A DNA stretch of 32,000 nucleotides from Delftia acidovorans NBRC 14950 (GCF_001598795.1 NZ_BCZP01000039.1:3730-35729); one strand, 5' to 3'; positions 1 to 7,933 are shown, numbered from the stretch's first letter. Made by a program: numbers and translations. Notes: generated by a model from the sequence alone, not told the origin.

Positions 1-39
1 ACTGCGGGCCAGCCGGCTTTTCGGCCCACAGCGGGCTCC

Positions 40-1548
40 ATGTACCCGCCCATGTCCTGGGACAGAGCTTCCCTGGCCGAACTGATGAACGGGTGCTGGC
101 TGGATGCAACGACAGAGCCCGGCACAGATCCCAGCTCCGATAGCGGCACCGGCTGCGCGGGATTGGACGCCAGCCGCCTGCACCACCAGCCCGGCGCCGC
201 CGTGCTGGTGCGGCGTGCGGGCATGGCCCTGGGCGTGCAGGCTGCGGCCCTGCCCACGCTGCGCGCCTCGGCGCTGATCAGCAGCAGCCCGCAGGGCCTG
301 CTGGACCACGGCGTGCCGGTGCTGCATGTGCCTGATATGGAAGAGGGCCTGCGCAATCTGGCGCAGGCGGCCCGCCGCCGCATCCAGTCGCCCGTGGTCG
401 CCGTCAGCGGCTGCGTGGGCAAGACCTCCACCCTGGGCATGATGCGCCAGTGCCTGCAGGACGGGGGAGACGCGCGTGGCGATGCCCTGCTGTCCCAGGG
501 CACGGCGCTGCAGATGATCAATTGGAGCGAGGCCTCGCCCTGCGCCCTGCTGGAGCTGCCATTGCAGGCACTGCGTGCCGACCTGCCGCTGATTGACCCA
601 GATATTCTGGTTATTACTAATCTTTCAATAAATAACACCCCCTATTCAGGGGAGTCCGAGCCCTCCGGACAGGCCGGTCTGTCCGGTGAAAGAAAATACG
701 AAGCATTGCAGGAAGTGCTTGAAGCCATGCAGCTCATGCACAAAGGCAGTGCGCTGGTCACCGATCAGGACATAGGTGAAAACCCCAGTGTTATTGAGCA
801 TGCCAAACGCATGGGACTGCGCCTGATCACGTTTGGCCCCCATTGCAATGCACAGGTCCGTGAAATGGGGTTTCACAATGGAAATCTGCAAATAGGCATG
901 GGCAGCCTGCGCCTGGGCATTTCCCTGCAATCCGACGGCCACCACATGGCACTCAATGCGCAGGCGGCCCTGGCGGCCCTGCATGCATTGGGCTATGCGC
1001 CCGCACAGGTGCAGGCCTCCCTGGCCCATTGGCAGCCCATGATCGGAGCCGGGCAGCCGCAGCTCCTGCCCAGTGGAATCTGCCTGCTGGACCACAGCCT
1101 GAGCAACCACTTACTGTCCATGACGGCTGCATTTTCCCAGCTGCAGTCGGTCGCTCCCCATGTGAGCAGAAGGCTGATCGTGCTGGCGGGCATACAGCCC
1201 GGCCACGCCAGCATCGACGCTGCGCAGCTGGCCCTGGAGCCGCTCGTGCGGGATGCCCAGGCCCGGCGCGTGCTGCTGTATGGGGAGCCGCTCAGGCCGC
1301 TGGCGGCAGCCTTGGGCGATCTTTTGCACGTCAATTGGTATGACGATCTGAATCAGCTGATTTGCTCGCTGCTGAGAACAACCCATAAAGGCGATACGGT
1401 TTTGTTGGCCGGCCGCGCCACAACCAATCTTGCCCTGGCGGCCGACGCCATACGGGATAGTTTCAGTGGCCACGGGGGCCATTTAATAGCGTCTATTCAG
1501 GCTCCCTGCTTTGATCCACATCAAAAACAAATGAACATGCATTCTTGA
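40..1548 (+). CDS. Mur ligase family protein, divergent MurF-like paralogue
   Basis: This is a 502-aa ORF. The loop VAVSGCVGKTSTLGMM sits where Mur ligases carry GxxGKT(T/S). DGHHMALNAQAALAAL resembles the MurF G.H...N.LAA motif. LLDHSLSNHLLSM sits where MurF has IDD.YNANP.SM. The gene contains visibly AT-richer stretches (about 590-900 and 1330-1548), unlike its neighbours. Confidence 0.6.
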   Translation: MYPPMSWDRASLAELMNGCWLDATTEPGTDPSSDSGTGCAGLDASRLHHQPGAAVLVRRAGMALGVQAAALPTLRASALISSSPQGLLDHGVPVLHVPDMEEGLRNLAQAARRRIQSPVVAVSGCVGKTSTLGMMRQCLQDGGDARGDALLSQGTALQMINWSEASPCALLELPLQALRADLPLIDPDILVITNLSINNTPYSGESEPSGQAGLSGERKYEALQEVLEAMQLMHKGSALVTDQDIGENPSVIEHAKRMGLRLITFGPHCNAQVREMGFHNGNLQIGMGSLRLGISLQSDGHHMALNAQAALAALHALGYAPAQVQASLAHWQPMIGAGQPQLLPSGICLLDHSLSNHLLSMTAAFSQLQSVAPHVSRRLIVLAGIQPGHASIDAAQLALEPLVRDAQARRVLLYGEPLRPLAAALGDLLHVNWYDDLNQLICSLLRTTHKGDTVLLAGRATTNLALAADAIRDSFSGHGGHLIASIQAPCFDPHQKQMNMHS

Positions 1549-1578
1549 TTGAATAAAACTTATAGAGGGCTGTATATA
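1549..1578 (+). promoter_or_regulatory. Candidate sigma-70 promoter for the T1SS operon (TTGAAT-N18-TATATA)
   Basis: TTGAAT at 1549-1554 and TATATA at 1573-1578 lie in the only strongly AT-rich intergenic region at this end of the window, about 70 nt upstream of the ABC gene start. This is a pattern match by eye only. Confidence 0.3.
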
Positions 1579-1607
1579 ACTCGCTACAGTGTTTGTGAAA
1601 CGAGTAC

Positions 1608-1624
1608 CTTTACATTTTGTAAAG
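1608..1624. promoter_or_regulatory. Perfect 7-bp inverted repeat CTTTACA-TTT-TGTAAAG (operator-like)
   Basis: Read directly from the sequence: CTTTACA at 1608-1614 and TGTAAAG at 1618-1624. It lies between the candidate -10 element and the ABC exporter ATG at 1648. Confidence 0.35.
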
Positions 1625-1647
1625 ATGCTTACTAAGCCCATCAGAAC

Positions 1648-3510
1648 ATGATCCGATACCTTCTTCCCCGTCAGTTGGCCAAGGCCACGGCGATGCCGTC
1701 GGGAACGGAGACGGTGGGGGCTTTTGCATCTGCCATCGCCGAGTCCTTCGACCGGGCTGCGCACCAGTTGCGCCGGGCTGGCTGGCTGTCGCTGCCCATC
1801 AGTCTGCTGGGCCTGCTGCCGTCCATCTTCCTGCTGCAGGTCTACAACCGCGTCATTGCGCGTGGCGGCACCGCCACCCTCACGGCCATGGTGGCGGGCG
1901 TGCTGTTCTTCCTGGGCGTGGAATGGTGGCTGCGGCGCAGGCGCGCCCGCGCCCTGCGCGAAGCCGGCGCCATGATCGACCGCGATGTGTCCCAGGCGCT
2001 GATGCACTCCATGCTGCGCCACCCGCTGGCCGCGCTGGAGCAGCGCTCCTCCAGCCAGTGGCTGCAGCTGTTCCGCGACGTGAGCGCCATGCGCTCGGGC
2101 ATGTCCGGGGGCCTGGCGACCTCGCTGCTGGACCTGCCCATGGCCCTGCTGGCACTGGTCGTCATCGGCATCATTGCCTGGCCCGTGCTGCCGGTGATTC
2201 TGGTGGCCATGCTCATCATGGGCGTGCTGGCCTGGTGGTGGGCCGACGAGGTGCGCAGCGGCCGCGTGGAGGAAATCGCCCAGGCCCGCATGCTGGACCG
2301 GGGCACGGCCGAGATCTGCAACGCCCGCGCCACGCTCAAGGTGCTGGGCTACGACGCCGCCGCACGCCAGAACTGGCAAAGCGGCTATGACCGCTGGCTG
2401 GCCGAGAGCTTTGGCAAGAACGGCGAGATGGAAAACGCACGCGAGGCCAGCACCGTGCTGCTGACGCTGTTCTCCATTGCCGTGATCACCGTGGGCGCCA
2501 TTGCCATCAATGCGCAGTGGATGAGCATCGGCAGCCTGATGGCCGTGAACCTGCTGTCGGGCAAGGCGCTGGGCCCCATCTCGCAACTGGCCAGCAACTG
2601 GCGCTCGCTGGCCCATGCCAACGAGGCCGCACGCCGCCTGCAGGCCGTGCTGGAGGAACCCGTCGAGGCCATGACCGACACCGTGGACCTGCCCCGGCCC
2701 CAGGGCCGGCTGCGCCTGGACCAGGCAAGCTTCCACTACCCGGGCGGCCATGTGGCGCTGGAGCAGGCATCGCTGGAGATCGGCCCCGGCGGGCTGCACG
2801 CCATCGTGGGGCGCAACGGCGCCGGCAAGTCCACCCTGGCCAAGCTGCTGGCCGGCCTCTACCAGCCCACACAGGGGCGCATCTTCATCGATGAATACGA
2901 CATGGCCCAGTTCCCGCGCGCCGAACTGGGCCGCTGGATAGGCTGCCTGGCCCAGCAGGTGTACTGGTTCAGCGGCCCCATCGTGGACGGGCTGCGCATG
3001 GTCAACCCCGATGCCGACGACCACAAGATCGTCACCGCCTGCCAGATCTCGGGCGCGCACGGCTTCATCAGCCGCCTGCCCCAGGGCTACCAGACGGTGC
3101 TGGGCGAAGGCGGCGCGGGCCTGTCGGCCGGCGAGCTGCGCAAGCTGGCCCTGGCCCAGCTGTTCCTGCGCAACCCCTCGGTGCTGATCCTGGACGAGCC
3201 CAGCAACGACCTGGACTTCGAGAGCGAAACCACGCTGCTGCAGACGCTGCGGCAGATTGCGCTCAAGCACACGGTCATCGTCGTCACGCACTCGCTGCGC
3301 GTGGCCTCCATGGCGCAGCATCTCTACCATGTGCGCGGCGACGGCGGCATCGAGCATGGCTCGCCCCAGTTGCTGCTGCCCCAGCTGTTCGGCTCGGCGC
3401 GCGAGCCTGCGGCTCCCGCAGCACCCGCTGCGTCCACAGCCCCCGCAACGCCGGCCGACCCGGCCCCGCATGCCGATCACCCCGCCGTGGCGCAGGAGCT
3501 TGCCTCATGA
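1648..3510 (+). CDS. Type I secretion system permease/ATPase (PrtD/AprD/HasD class, no N-terminal C39 or C39-like domain)
   Basis: The N-terminal TMD begins with LLPSIFLLQVYNRVIARGGTATL (compare the LQVYDRV motif of T1SS ABC exporters). Walker A is GRNGAGKST. The ABC signature plus Walker B is LSAGELRKLALAQLFLRNPSVLILDEPSNDLD. The C-terminus is an Ala/Pro-rich tail. Confidence 0.9.
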   Translation: MIRYLLPRQLAKATAMPSGTETVGAFASAIAESFDRAAHQLRRAGWLSLPISLLGLLPSIFLLQVYNRVIARGGTATLTAMVAGVLFFLGVEWWLRRRRARALREAGAMIDRDVSQALMHSMLRHPLAALEQRSSSQWLQLFRDVSAMRSGMSGGLATSLLDLPMALLALVVIGIIAWPVLPVILVAMLIMGVLAWWWADEVRSGRVEEIAQARMLDRGTAEICNARATLKVLGYDAAARQNWQSGYDRWLAESFGKNGEMENAREASTVLLTLFSIAVITVGAIAINAQWMSIGSLMAVNLLSGKALGPISQLASNWRSLAHANEAARRLQAVLEEPVEAMTDTVDLPRPQGRLRLDQASFHYPGGHVALEQASLEIGPGGLHAIVGRNGAGKSTLAKLLAGLYQPTQGRIFIDEYDMAQFPRAELGRWIGCLAQQVYWFSGPIVDGLRMVNPDADDHKIVTACQISGAHGFISRLPQGYQTVLGEGGAGLSAGELRKLALAQLFLRNPSVLILDEPSNDLDFESETTLLQTLRQIALKHTVIVVTHSLRVASMAQHLYHVRGDGGIEHGSPQLLLPQLFGSAREPAAPAAPAASTAPATPADPAPHADHPAVAQELAS

Positions 3511-4883
3511 GGGCCGGGCGCTACGACGACCTCCCCCTGGTGCTTCGCCAGTCAAGCGAAGCGCAGGCAGCCGTGCACGGCCAGCCGCCTGCGGACGCGT
3601 CCGGCGCAACGCCCCCCACCCCTGGCCGAACCGCCCTGGCGCGGGGCAAGTGGCTGCTCGTCATTCCCGTCGCCGCCCTGGTGGTCACCGGCCTGTTCTA
3701 TCCGGTGGAGAACGTGGTGGTCGCCAGCGGCCAGGTCATCCCTTCCGACCGTGTGCAGACCGTGCAGCATCTGGAAGGCGGCATCGTCACCGCCGTCCAT
3801 GTGCGCGAAGGCCAGGCCGTGACCCAGGGCCAGCCGCTGCTGGAAATCGACCTGGGCAGCAACAGCCTCAACCTCGAACAGCTCACCGCCCGCATGGCCA
3901 CGGCCCAGGCCGTCAAGGCGCGTCTGGGTGCGGAAAGCCAGGGCCGGCCGCTGCAGCGCACCGCCTTCCCCGCCGACCTGGACGCACAGGTGGTCCAGGC
4001 CGAACTGGGCGCCTTCTCGGCGCGCGCGCTGGAGCACCAGGGCAGCCTTGCCGCAGCCCAGGCCCAGCTGCAGCAGGCGCGCGGCGACGTGGCCCAGGTG
4101 CAGGCGCGCATCGAGGGGCTGGAGACCAATCTGCGCCTGCACCAGCAGGAGGCCTCCATTGCCGGCCAGCTCGCCTCCGAGCAGCTGATAGGCCAGCTTG
4201 AAGTGCTGGACAAGCAGCGGGCGCTGGAGCAGGTGCGGGCCGAGCTGGCTGCCTCGCGCCAGACGCTTTTCAGCAACCGCGCCAAGATCGAACAGGCCCA
4301 GGCCAAGCTGCAGGAGACCCAGGGCGCCTTCCGCCGCCGCGCCTCCGACGAGCTGGCCCAGACCGAACGCGAGCTGGCCAGCCTCAACGAAGACCTGGTC
4401 CGCGCCCGCACCCAGCGCACGCGCACGGCCGTGCTGGCGCCCACCAGCGGCTTCGTCAAGGGCCTGCGCAGCTCGGGCGCCGGTTGGGTGGTCAAGCCCG
4501 GCGAGCCCATCCTCGAAATCGTTCCGGACAAGGACGAAGTCATCGTCGAGGCGCGCCTGAGCCCCGCCGACCGTGGCTATGTGCGCCCCGGCCAGGCCAC
4601 CCGGGTGAAGATCTCGGCCTACGACTTCCTGCGCTACGGCTCGGTGCCCGGCCAGGTCACCCTGGTGGCGGCCGATGCCGACCGCGATCCCAACCTGGCC
4701 GACTCGCCCTCGTACTTCCGCATCCAGGCCAGCCTGGAGCAGCCCTGGGTGGGCCGCACCGACAACCGCATCACCACCGGCATGCAGGCCGAACTCGACC
4801 TGCTGCTGGGCCACGAACCCTTTATCTGGTATTTGCTGCGGCCCGTGCTGCGCATCCAGAGCGAAGCCTTCCGGGAGCCCTGA
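3507..4883 (+). CDS. HlyD-family type I secretion membrane fusion protein
   Basis: The start overlaps the ABC stop as ATGA (3507-3510). It has one N-terminal TM helix (WLLVIPVAALVVTGLFY), a lipoyl-like motif (GGIVTAVHVREGQAVTQGQPLLEID), a long coiled-coil region and a C-terminal beta-barrel region. Confidence 0.9.
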   Translation: MRAGRYDDLPLVLRQSSEAQAAVHGQPPADASGATPPTPGRTALARGKWLLVIPVAALVVTGLFYPVENVVVASGQVIPSDRVQTVQHLEGGIVTAVHVREGQAVTQGQPLLEIDLGSNSLNLEQLTARMATAQAVKARLGAESQGRPLQRTAFPADLDAQVVQAELGAFSARALEHQGSLAAAQAQLQQARGDVAQVQARIEGLETNLRLHQQEASIAGQLASEQLIGQLEVLDKQRALEQVRAELAASRQTLFSNRAKIEQAQAKLQETQGAFRRRASDELAQTERELASLNEDLVRARTQRTRTAVLAPTSGFVKGLRSSGAGWVVKPGEPILEIVPDKDEVIVEARLSPADRGYVRPGQATRVKISAYDFLRYGSVPGQVTLVAADADRDPNLADSPSYFRIQASLEQPWVGRTDNRITTGMQAELDLLLGHEPFIWYLLRPVLRIQSEAFREP

Positions 4884-6619
4884 TGCCAGGCCGCCCGACC
4901 TCCCCTTCCATGGGCTGGCACGCCCGCTGCCACGCCCGGCTGCGCCAGCTGCTGGCCGCTGCCTGCTGCCTGTCCGCACTGCAGGCGCTGCAGGCCGCTG
5001 CCGCGCCTGTGGCTGCGGCGGACAGGGACCTTGATACGGACATCGGCATGGTTGCCGCAGCCGCACCCGCACCCGCATCCACATCCGCAAACACGGCCGC
5101 AGCCGCACCGGCCCCTGTGGTCCTGCGCCTGGCCCAGCACCTCACGCCCGGCACCCTGGCCAGCGACGGCGGGCAGCGCCGCCTGCTCGATGCCCTCTAC
5201 GCCCTGATCGACGAATACCCCGACGTGCGCAAGGCGCGCGCCGCGCTGGAATCGGCCGGGCATGACGTGAACACCGCGCGCGGCGCGCGCTGGCCCACCT
5301 TCAAGGTGGGTACCAACACGGGCGATGCCAAGCTGCGCCGGGGCCGCGAGTCCTACACCGCCGTCAACGCCGAAGTGCGCATGGCCCTGCTGGACGGCGG
5401 CGCCATCGGCGCGGGCATACGCTCGGCCGAATCGCAGGAGGCGGCCCAGGGCAGCGTGCTCTACGGCACGCGCCAGAACGTGCTGCTGGAGGCGCTGACC
5501 GCCCTGCTGGAGCTGCACCGCTTCGAGGACAAGGCCCGCGTGGCGGCCGAGTCGGCGCGCATCATCGGCCAGCTCGCGCGCATCGAGGAGCGCCGCGCCG
5601 AACTGGGCGCCGTGGGCCGCAACGACCTGCGCCAGGCCGCCTCGCGCCAGGCCGGCGCCCTGGCCCAGCAGCATGCGCTGGAGTCGCAGCGCATGGATGC
5701 GCAGGCCCGCTTCACGCGCTACTTCGGCTTCACGCCCCAGCCCGGCTGGCTGCCCCAGCTCAACGTGCCCGTGCAATGGATGCCGGCCAACGAGGACTCG
5801 GCCCTGCAGGCCTCCGAAACCGTCAGCCCCGAGCTGCAGGAGATGGAGCAGCAGATCGAGAAGGCCCGCGCCGAAGTGGACCGCAGCAAGTCCCAGCGCT
5901 TTCCCACGCTGGCCGCCGTGGTGGCCCACACGCGCGACCCCAGCGGTGTGCTCTATGCCGAGGGCACGCGCTACGGCGTGGAGCTGAGCTGGAACTTCGG
6001 CAACGGCTTCGAGCTGCGCGACCGCATCCTCAAGGCCATCAACGAACTGCAGGCCCAGGAAGCGCAGCAGGAAACCGTGCGCCGCCAGGTGCGCGAAACC
6101 GCCTCCGCCGCCTGGGGACGCACCCAGTCCGGCCGCCAGCGCGAAAGCCAGCTGGCCGACGCCGTGCGCGAGGCGCGCGCCGCCTTCGAGGGGCGCCGCC
6201 GCCTGCTCGAAGTCGGGCGCGGCAGCCTGGCCCAGGTGCTGGACGCCCAGCTGGACATGCAGCGCCTGCTGCTGGACGAGGCCGACGCCATCTACGACCA
6301 GCGCATCAACGAACTGCGCCTGGCACGCACCACCGGCCGCCTCCTGCCGCAGGACCCGCCCGATCAATGGCTGAACGCGCTGTTCACCCCGCAAAAACCG
6401 ATTCCGGCAGGTGGTGGTGCGCCAGGCACTGCCCCCATGGACGAGCCCGGGAACGCGCCCGGCCCTGCGCCCTCGCGCAGCCGCCCCGAACCCCAGGACG
6501 CTGCCGTGGCCACCCTGTCCGCCAGCGCCATGCCCCAACGAATACAGCTGCGCCTTGAGCAGCAGTTGCGCCCCGTTTCAGACGCTTTTCCAACCACCGC
6601 CTTGCGACAGCAGTGGTGA
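4883..6619 (+). CDS. TolC-family outer membrane factor of the T1SS
   Basis: The ATG at 4883 shares a base with the HlyD TGA (4881-4883). It has a signal-like N-terminus (LLAAACCLSALQALQAAAAP) and two repeated helical/coiled halves typical of OMF proteins. There is extra Ala/Pro-rich low-complexity sequence after the signal and a Pro-rich C-terminal tail of about 100 aa. The ORF-track start at 4484 lies inside the HlyD gene and was not used. Confidence 0.8.
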   Translation: MPGRPTSPSMGWHARCHARLRQLLAAACCLSALQALQAAAAPVAAADRDLDTDIGMVAAAAPAPASTSANTAAAAPAPVVLRLAQHLTPGTLASDGGQRRLLDALYALIDEYPDVRKARAALESAGHDVNTARGARWPTFKVGTNTGDAKLRRGRESYTAVNAEVRMALLDGGAIGAGIRSAESQEAAQGSVLYGTRQNVLLEALTALLELHRFEDKARVAAESARIIGQLARIEERRAELGAVGRNDLRQAASRQAGALAQQHALESQRMDAQARFTRYFGFTPQPGWLPQLNVPVQWMPANEDSALQASETVSPELQEMEQQIEKARAEVDRSKSQRFPTLAAVVAHTRDPSGVLYAEGTRYGVELSWNFGNGFELRDRILKAINELQAQEAQQETVRRQVRETASAAWGRTQSGRQRESQLADAVREARAAFEGRRRLLEVGRGSLAQVLDAQLDMQRLLLDEADAIYDQRINELRLARTTGRLLPQDPPDQWLNALFTPQKPIPAGGGAPGTAPMDEPGNAPGPAPSRSRPEPQDAAVATLSASAMPQRIQLRLEQQLRPVSDAFPTTALRQQW

Positions 6620-6682
6620 AGTGAGAAGCGGCAAGTGAGGTTTCCCGTGCAGCGGCCGGCTTCTGCCCATCGCCAGCCGCCG

Positions 6683-6704
6683 CCATCGAAAACGATGGGC
6701 TTTT
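6683..6704 (+). terminator. Small hairpin plus T-tract after the OMF gene (weak terminator or attenuator)
   Basis: CCATCG (6683-6688), an AAAA loop and CGATGG (6693-6698) are followed by GCTTTTGC. The stem is only 6 bp. Confidence 0.3.
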
Positions 6705-6724
6705 GCAACCGAAAGGACGATGCC

Positions 6725-6901
6725 ATGACCGACATCATCAAGAACTTCTGGAAAGACGAAGAAGGCGCCACCGCCATCGAGTACGGCTTGATCGCCGGCC
6801 TCATCGCCGTGGGGATCGTGGTGGGCGCCACCGCGCTCGGCACCAACCTGAATGGGCTGTTCACCCGGATCGCCACCAAGCTCACCGGCTTCGTTCCCTG
6901 A
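6725..6901 (+). CDS. flp: Flp family type IVb/IVc prepilin, copy 1
   Basis: The 58-aa product is MTDIIKNFWKDEEG/ATAIEYGLIAGLIAVGIVVG.... It has the Flp motif G/xxxxEY followed by a hydrophobic helix. An AAAGGA RBS lies upstream. The ORF-track start at 6635 is an upstream extension. Confidence 0.92.
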   Translation: MTDIIKNFWKDEEGATAIEYGLIAGLIAVGIVVGATALGTNLNGLFTRIATKLTGFVP

Positions 6902-6933
6902 GCGCCGGCTGCGGCGCGATCTGGCCGGGCTCG

Positions 6934-6954
6934 GGCGGGGCTTGCCTCCGCCCC
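6934..6954 (+). other. GC-rich stem-loop between the two flp genes
   Basis: GGGCGG (6934-6939) pairs with CCGCCC (6949-6954) and can extend by G-U and G-C pairs. No T-tract follows. Confidence 0.3.
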
Positions 6955-6992
6955 CGGCGCCAAGGCATTTTGCAAACCGAAAGGACCATGCC

Positions 6993-7169
6993 ATGACCGA
7001 AATGATCAAGAACTTCTGGAAAGACGAGGAAGGCGCCACCGCCATCGAATACGGGCTGATCGCCGGCCTGATTGCCGTGGGCATCGTCGTGGGCGCCACC
7101 GCGCTGGGTACCGATCTGAACGGATTGTTCAGCCGGCTTGCCACCAAGCTCAACGGACTTGCCCCCTGA
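6993..7169 (+). CDS. flp: Flp family type IVb/IVc prepilin, copy 2
   Basis: The 58-aa product MTEMIKNFWKDEEG/ATAIEYGLIAGLIAVGIVVG... differs from copy 1 at 8 positions, 6 of them in the C-terminal third. It shares about 35 bp of upstream leader with copy 1 (GGC[T/A]TTTTGCAA..CCGAAAGGAC.ATGCCATGACCGA). Confidence 0.92.
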   Translation: MTEMIKNFWKDEEGATAIEYGLIAGLIAVGIVVGATALGTDLNGLFSRLATKLNGLAP

Positions 7170-7171
7170 AG

Positions 7172-7741
7172 ATGGAGTGGACCTCGCTATGGCTGTGCGT
7201 CTGCATCACATGGCTCGCAACGATTGCGGTCATGGATCTGCGCATCCGGCGCGTGCGCAACTGGATGGTGCTGCTCGGCCTGGCCACAGGCGCGGCGGCA
7301 CTGGCCAGTGGGGCGCAGCCGTTCCAGGTCTCGGCCTGGAACGCGCTGGCCGGACTGCTGGCGGGGTTTGTCGTGCTGCTTCCTTTCTATGCACTGCGCT
7401 GGATGGGAGCGGGCGACGTCAAGTTCGGCGCGGTCGCAGGGCTGTGGTTCGGGCTGAGCTTCGACCTGCTGCTGATCTGGACCGGCGGCAGCCTGCTGGC
7501 CGGCCTGCACGGCCTTCTGGTGCTGTCATTGCGCCACCTGAGCCACAGCCCCACCGGCCTGTGGCTGCAGGCCCGGCTGCCCCTGGCCTGGGCGGCCCGC
7601 CTGGCACCCCTGGGCGCGGCGTCTCAGCCCGCAGGCGCCACCGATGGACCGCGCCAGCCCCAGCGCTCCATTCCCTATGCCGGCTACATGGCCATTGCGG
7701 CCATCGCCCTGGCCTGGCGCCACAGCCAGCCGCTTGCCTGA
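7172..7741 (+). CDS. cpaA: A24-family prepilin peptidase CpaA/TadV
   Basis: This is a polytopic membrane protein starting 3 nt after flp2. The Asp motifs are in VMDLRIRRV and WMGAGDVKFGAVAG. The C-terminal IPYAGYMAIAAIALAW resembles the IPfgP motif. It has no methyltransferase domain, as expected for TadV-type enzymes. Confidence 0.85.
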   Translation: MEWTSLWLCVCITWLATIAVMDLRIRRVRNWMVLLGLATGAAALASGAQPFQVSAWNALAGLLAGFVVLLPFYALRWMGAGDVKFGAVAGLWFGLSFDLLLIWTGGSLLAGLHGLLVLSLRHLSHSPTGLWLQARLPLAWAARLAPLGAASQPAGATDGPRQPQRSIPYAGYMAIAAIALAWRHSQPLA

Positions 7742-7829
7742 ACGGGAGATGCCCATGCAGATCGCTTTCCCCTCGCCACGCACCACACGGCCCGGCCCCG
7801 CCGCAAGCCGCCGCTGTGCGCTATCCGGA

Positions 7830-7874
7830 CGCTTTCCTGCCCTGGCGGACCCTCTGCGCCATGGCAGGAAAGCG
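7830..7874. other. Perfect 12-bp inverted repeat with a 21-nt spacer in the cpaA-cpaB gap
   Basis: CGCTTTCCTGCC (7830-7841) and GGCAGGAAAGCG (7863-7874) were read directly from the sequence. The spacer contains TGGCGGACCCTCTGC (7843-7857), which has GG-N10-GC spacing. Confidence 0.6.
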
Positions 7875-7933
7875 CCAGGGCAGCCCCCATGCCTGAACAC
7901 CGTCGCCACCCACTTGCACCAGGAGCCCCAGCC

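Noticed and set aside
1483-3480. A very long minus-strand ORF (665 aa) lies antisense to the ABC exporter. Similar antisense ORFs occur at 3552-5108, 4634-6538, 8042-9634, 10747-12090, 11987-13414, 13618-15480, 18070-20421, 20043-21854 and 25889-28372.
   Set aside because: Their translations are Arg/Gly/Ala/Gln/His-rich low-complexity strings with no motifs. They mirror well-supported plus-strand genes, and stop-codon-poor antisense frames are expected in GC-rich DNA.
4484-4882. N-terminal extensions offered by the ORF track for the OMF gene. The same applies to flp1 (6635), flp2 (6852), cpaB (7889), tadB (13312), tadD (14811), the DUF3613-like gene (16204), the second tadE (17022), tadG (18076), the activator (19533), the GT (20429), the secreted protein (28426), the DMT gene (29130) and the nuclease (30748).
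   Set aside because: The extensions overlap the preceding well-supported gene and encode Arg/Pro-rich nonsense. The internal starts have RBSs, stop/start coupling or proper signal peptides.
6697-6710. A possible sigma-54 promoter in the conserved flp leaders: GGGCTTTTGCAA upstream of flp1 and AAGGCATTTTGCAA at 6962-6975 upstream of flp2.
   Set aside because: The TTGCA resembles a -12 element, but the nearest GG is only 6 nt upstream instead of the invariant 10. At the correct -24 position the sequence is ACGATG for flp1 and CGCAAG for flp2.
6923-6937. TGGCCGGGCTCGGGC between flp1 and flp2 has GG-N10-GC spacing.
   Set aside because: The -12 half is GGGC rather than TTGC, and the surrounding DNA is so GC-rich that such a spacing match is likely to arise by chance. 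It also overlaps the hairpin.
7903-7918. TCGCCACCCACTTGCA upstream of cpaB as a -24/-12 element.
   Set aside because: The invariant GG is CG here, and a start site would fall inside the RBS of cpaB.
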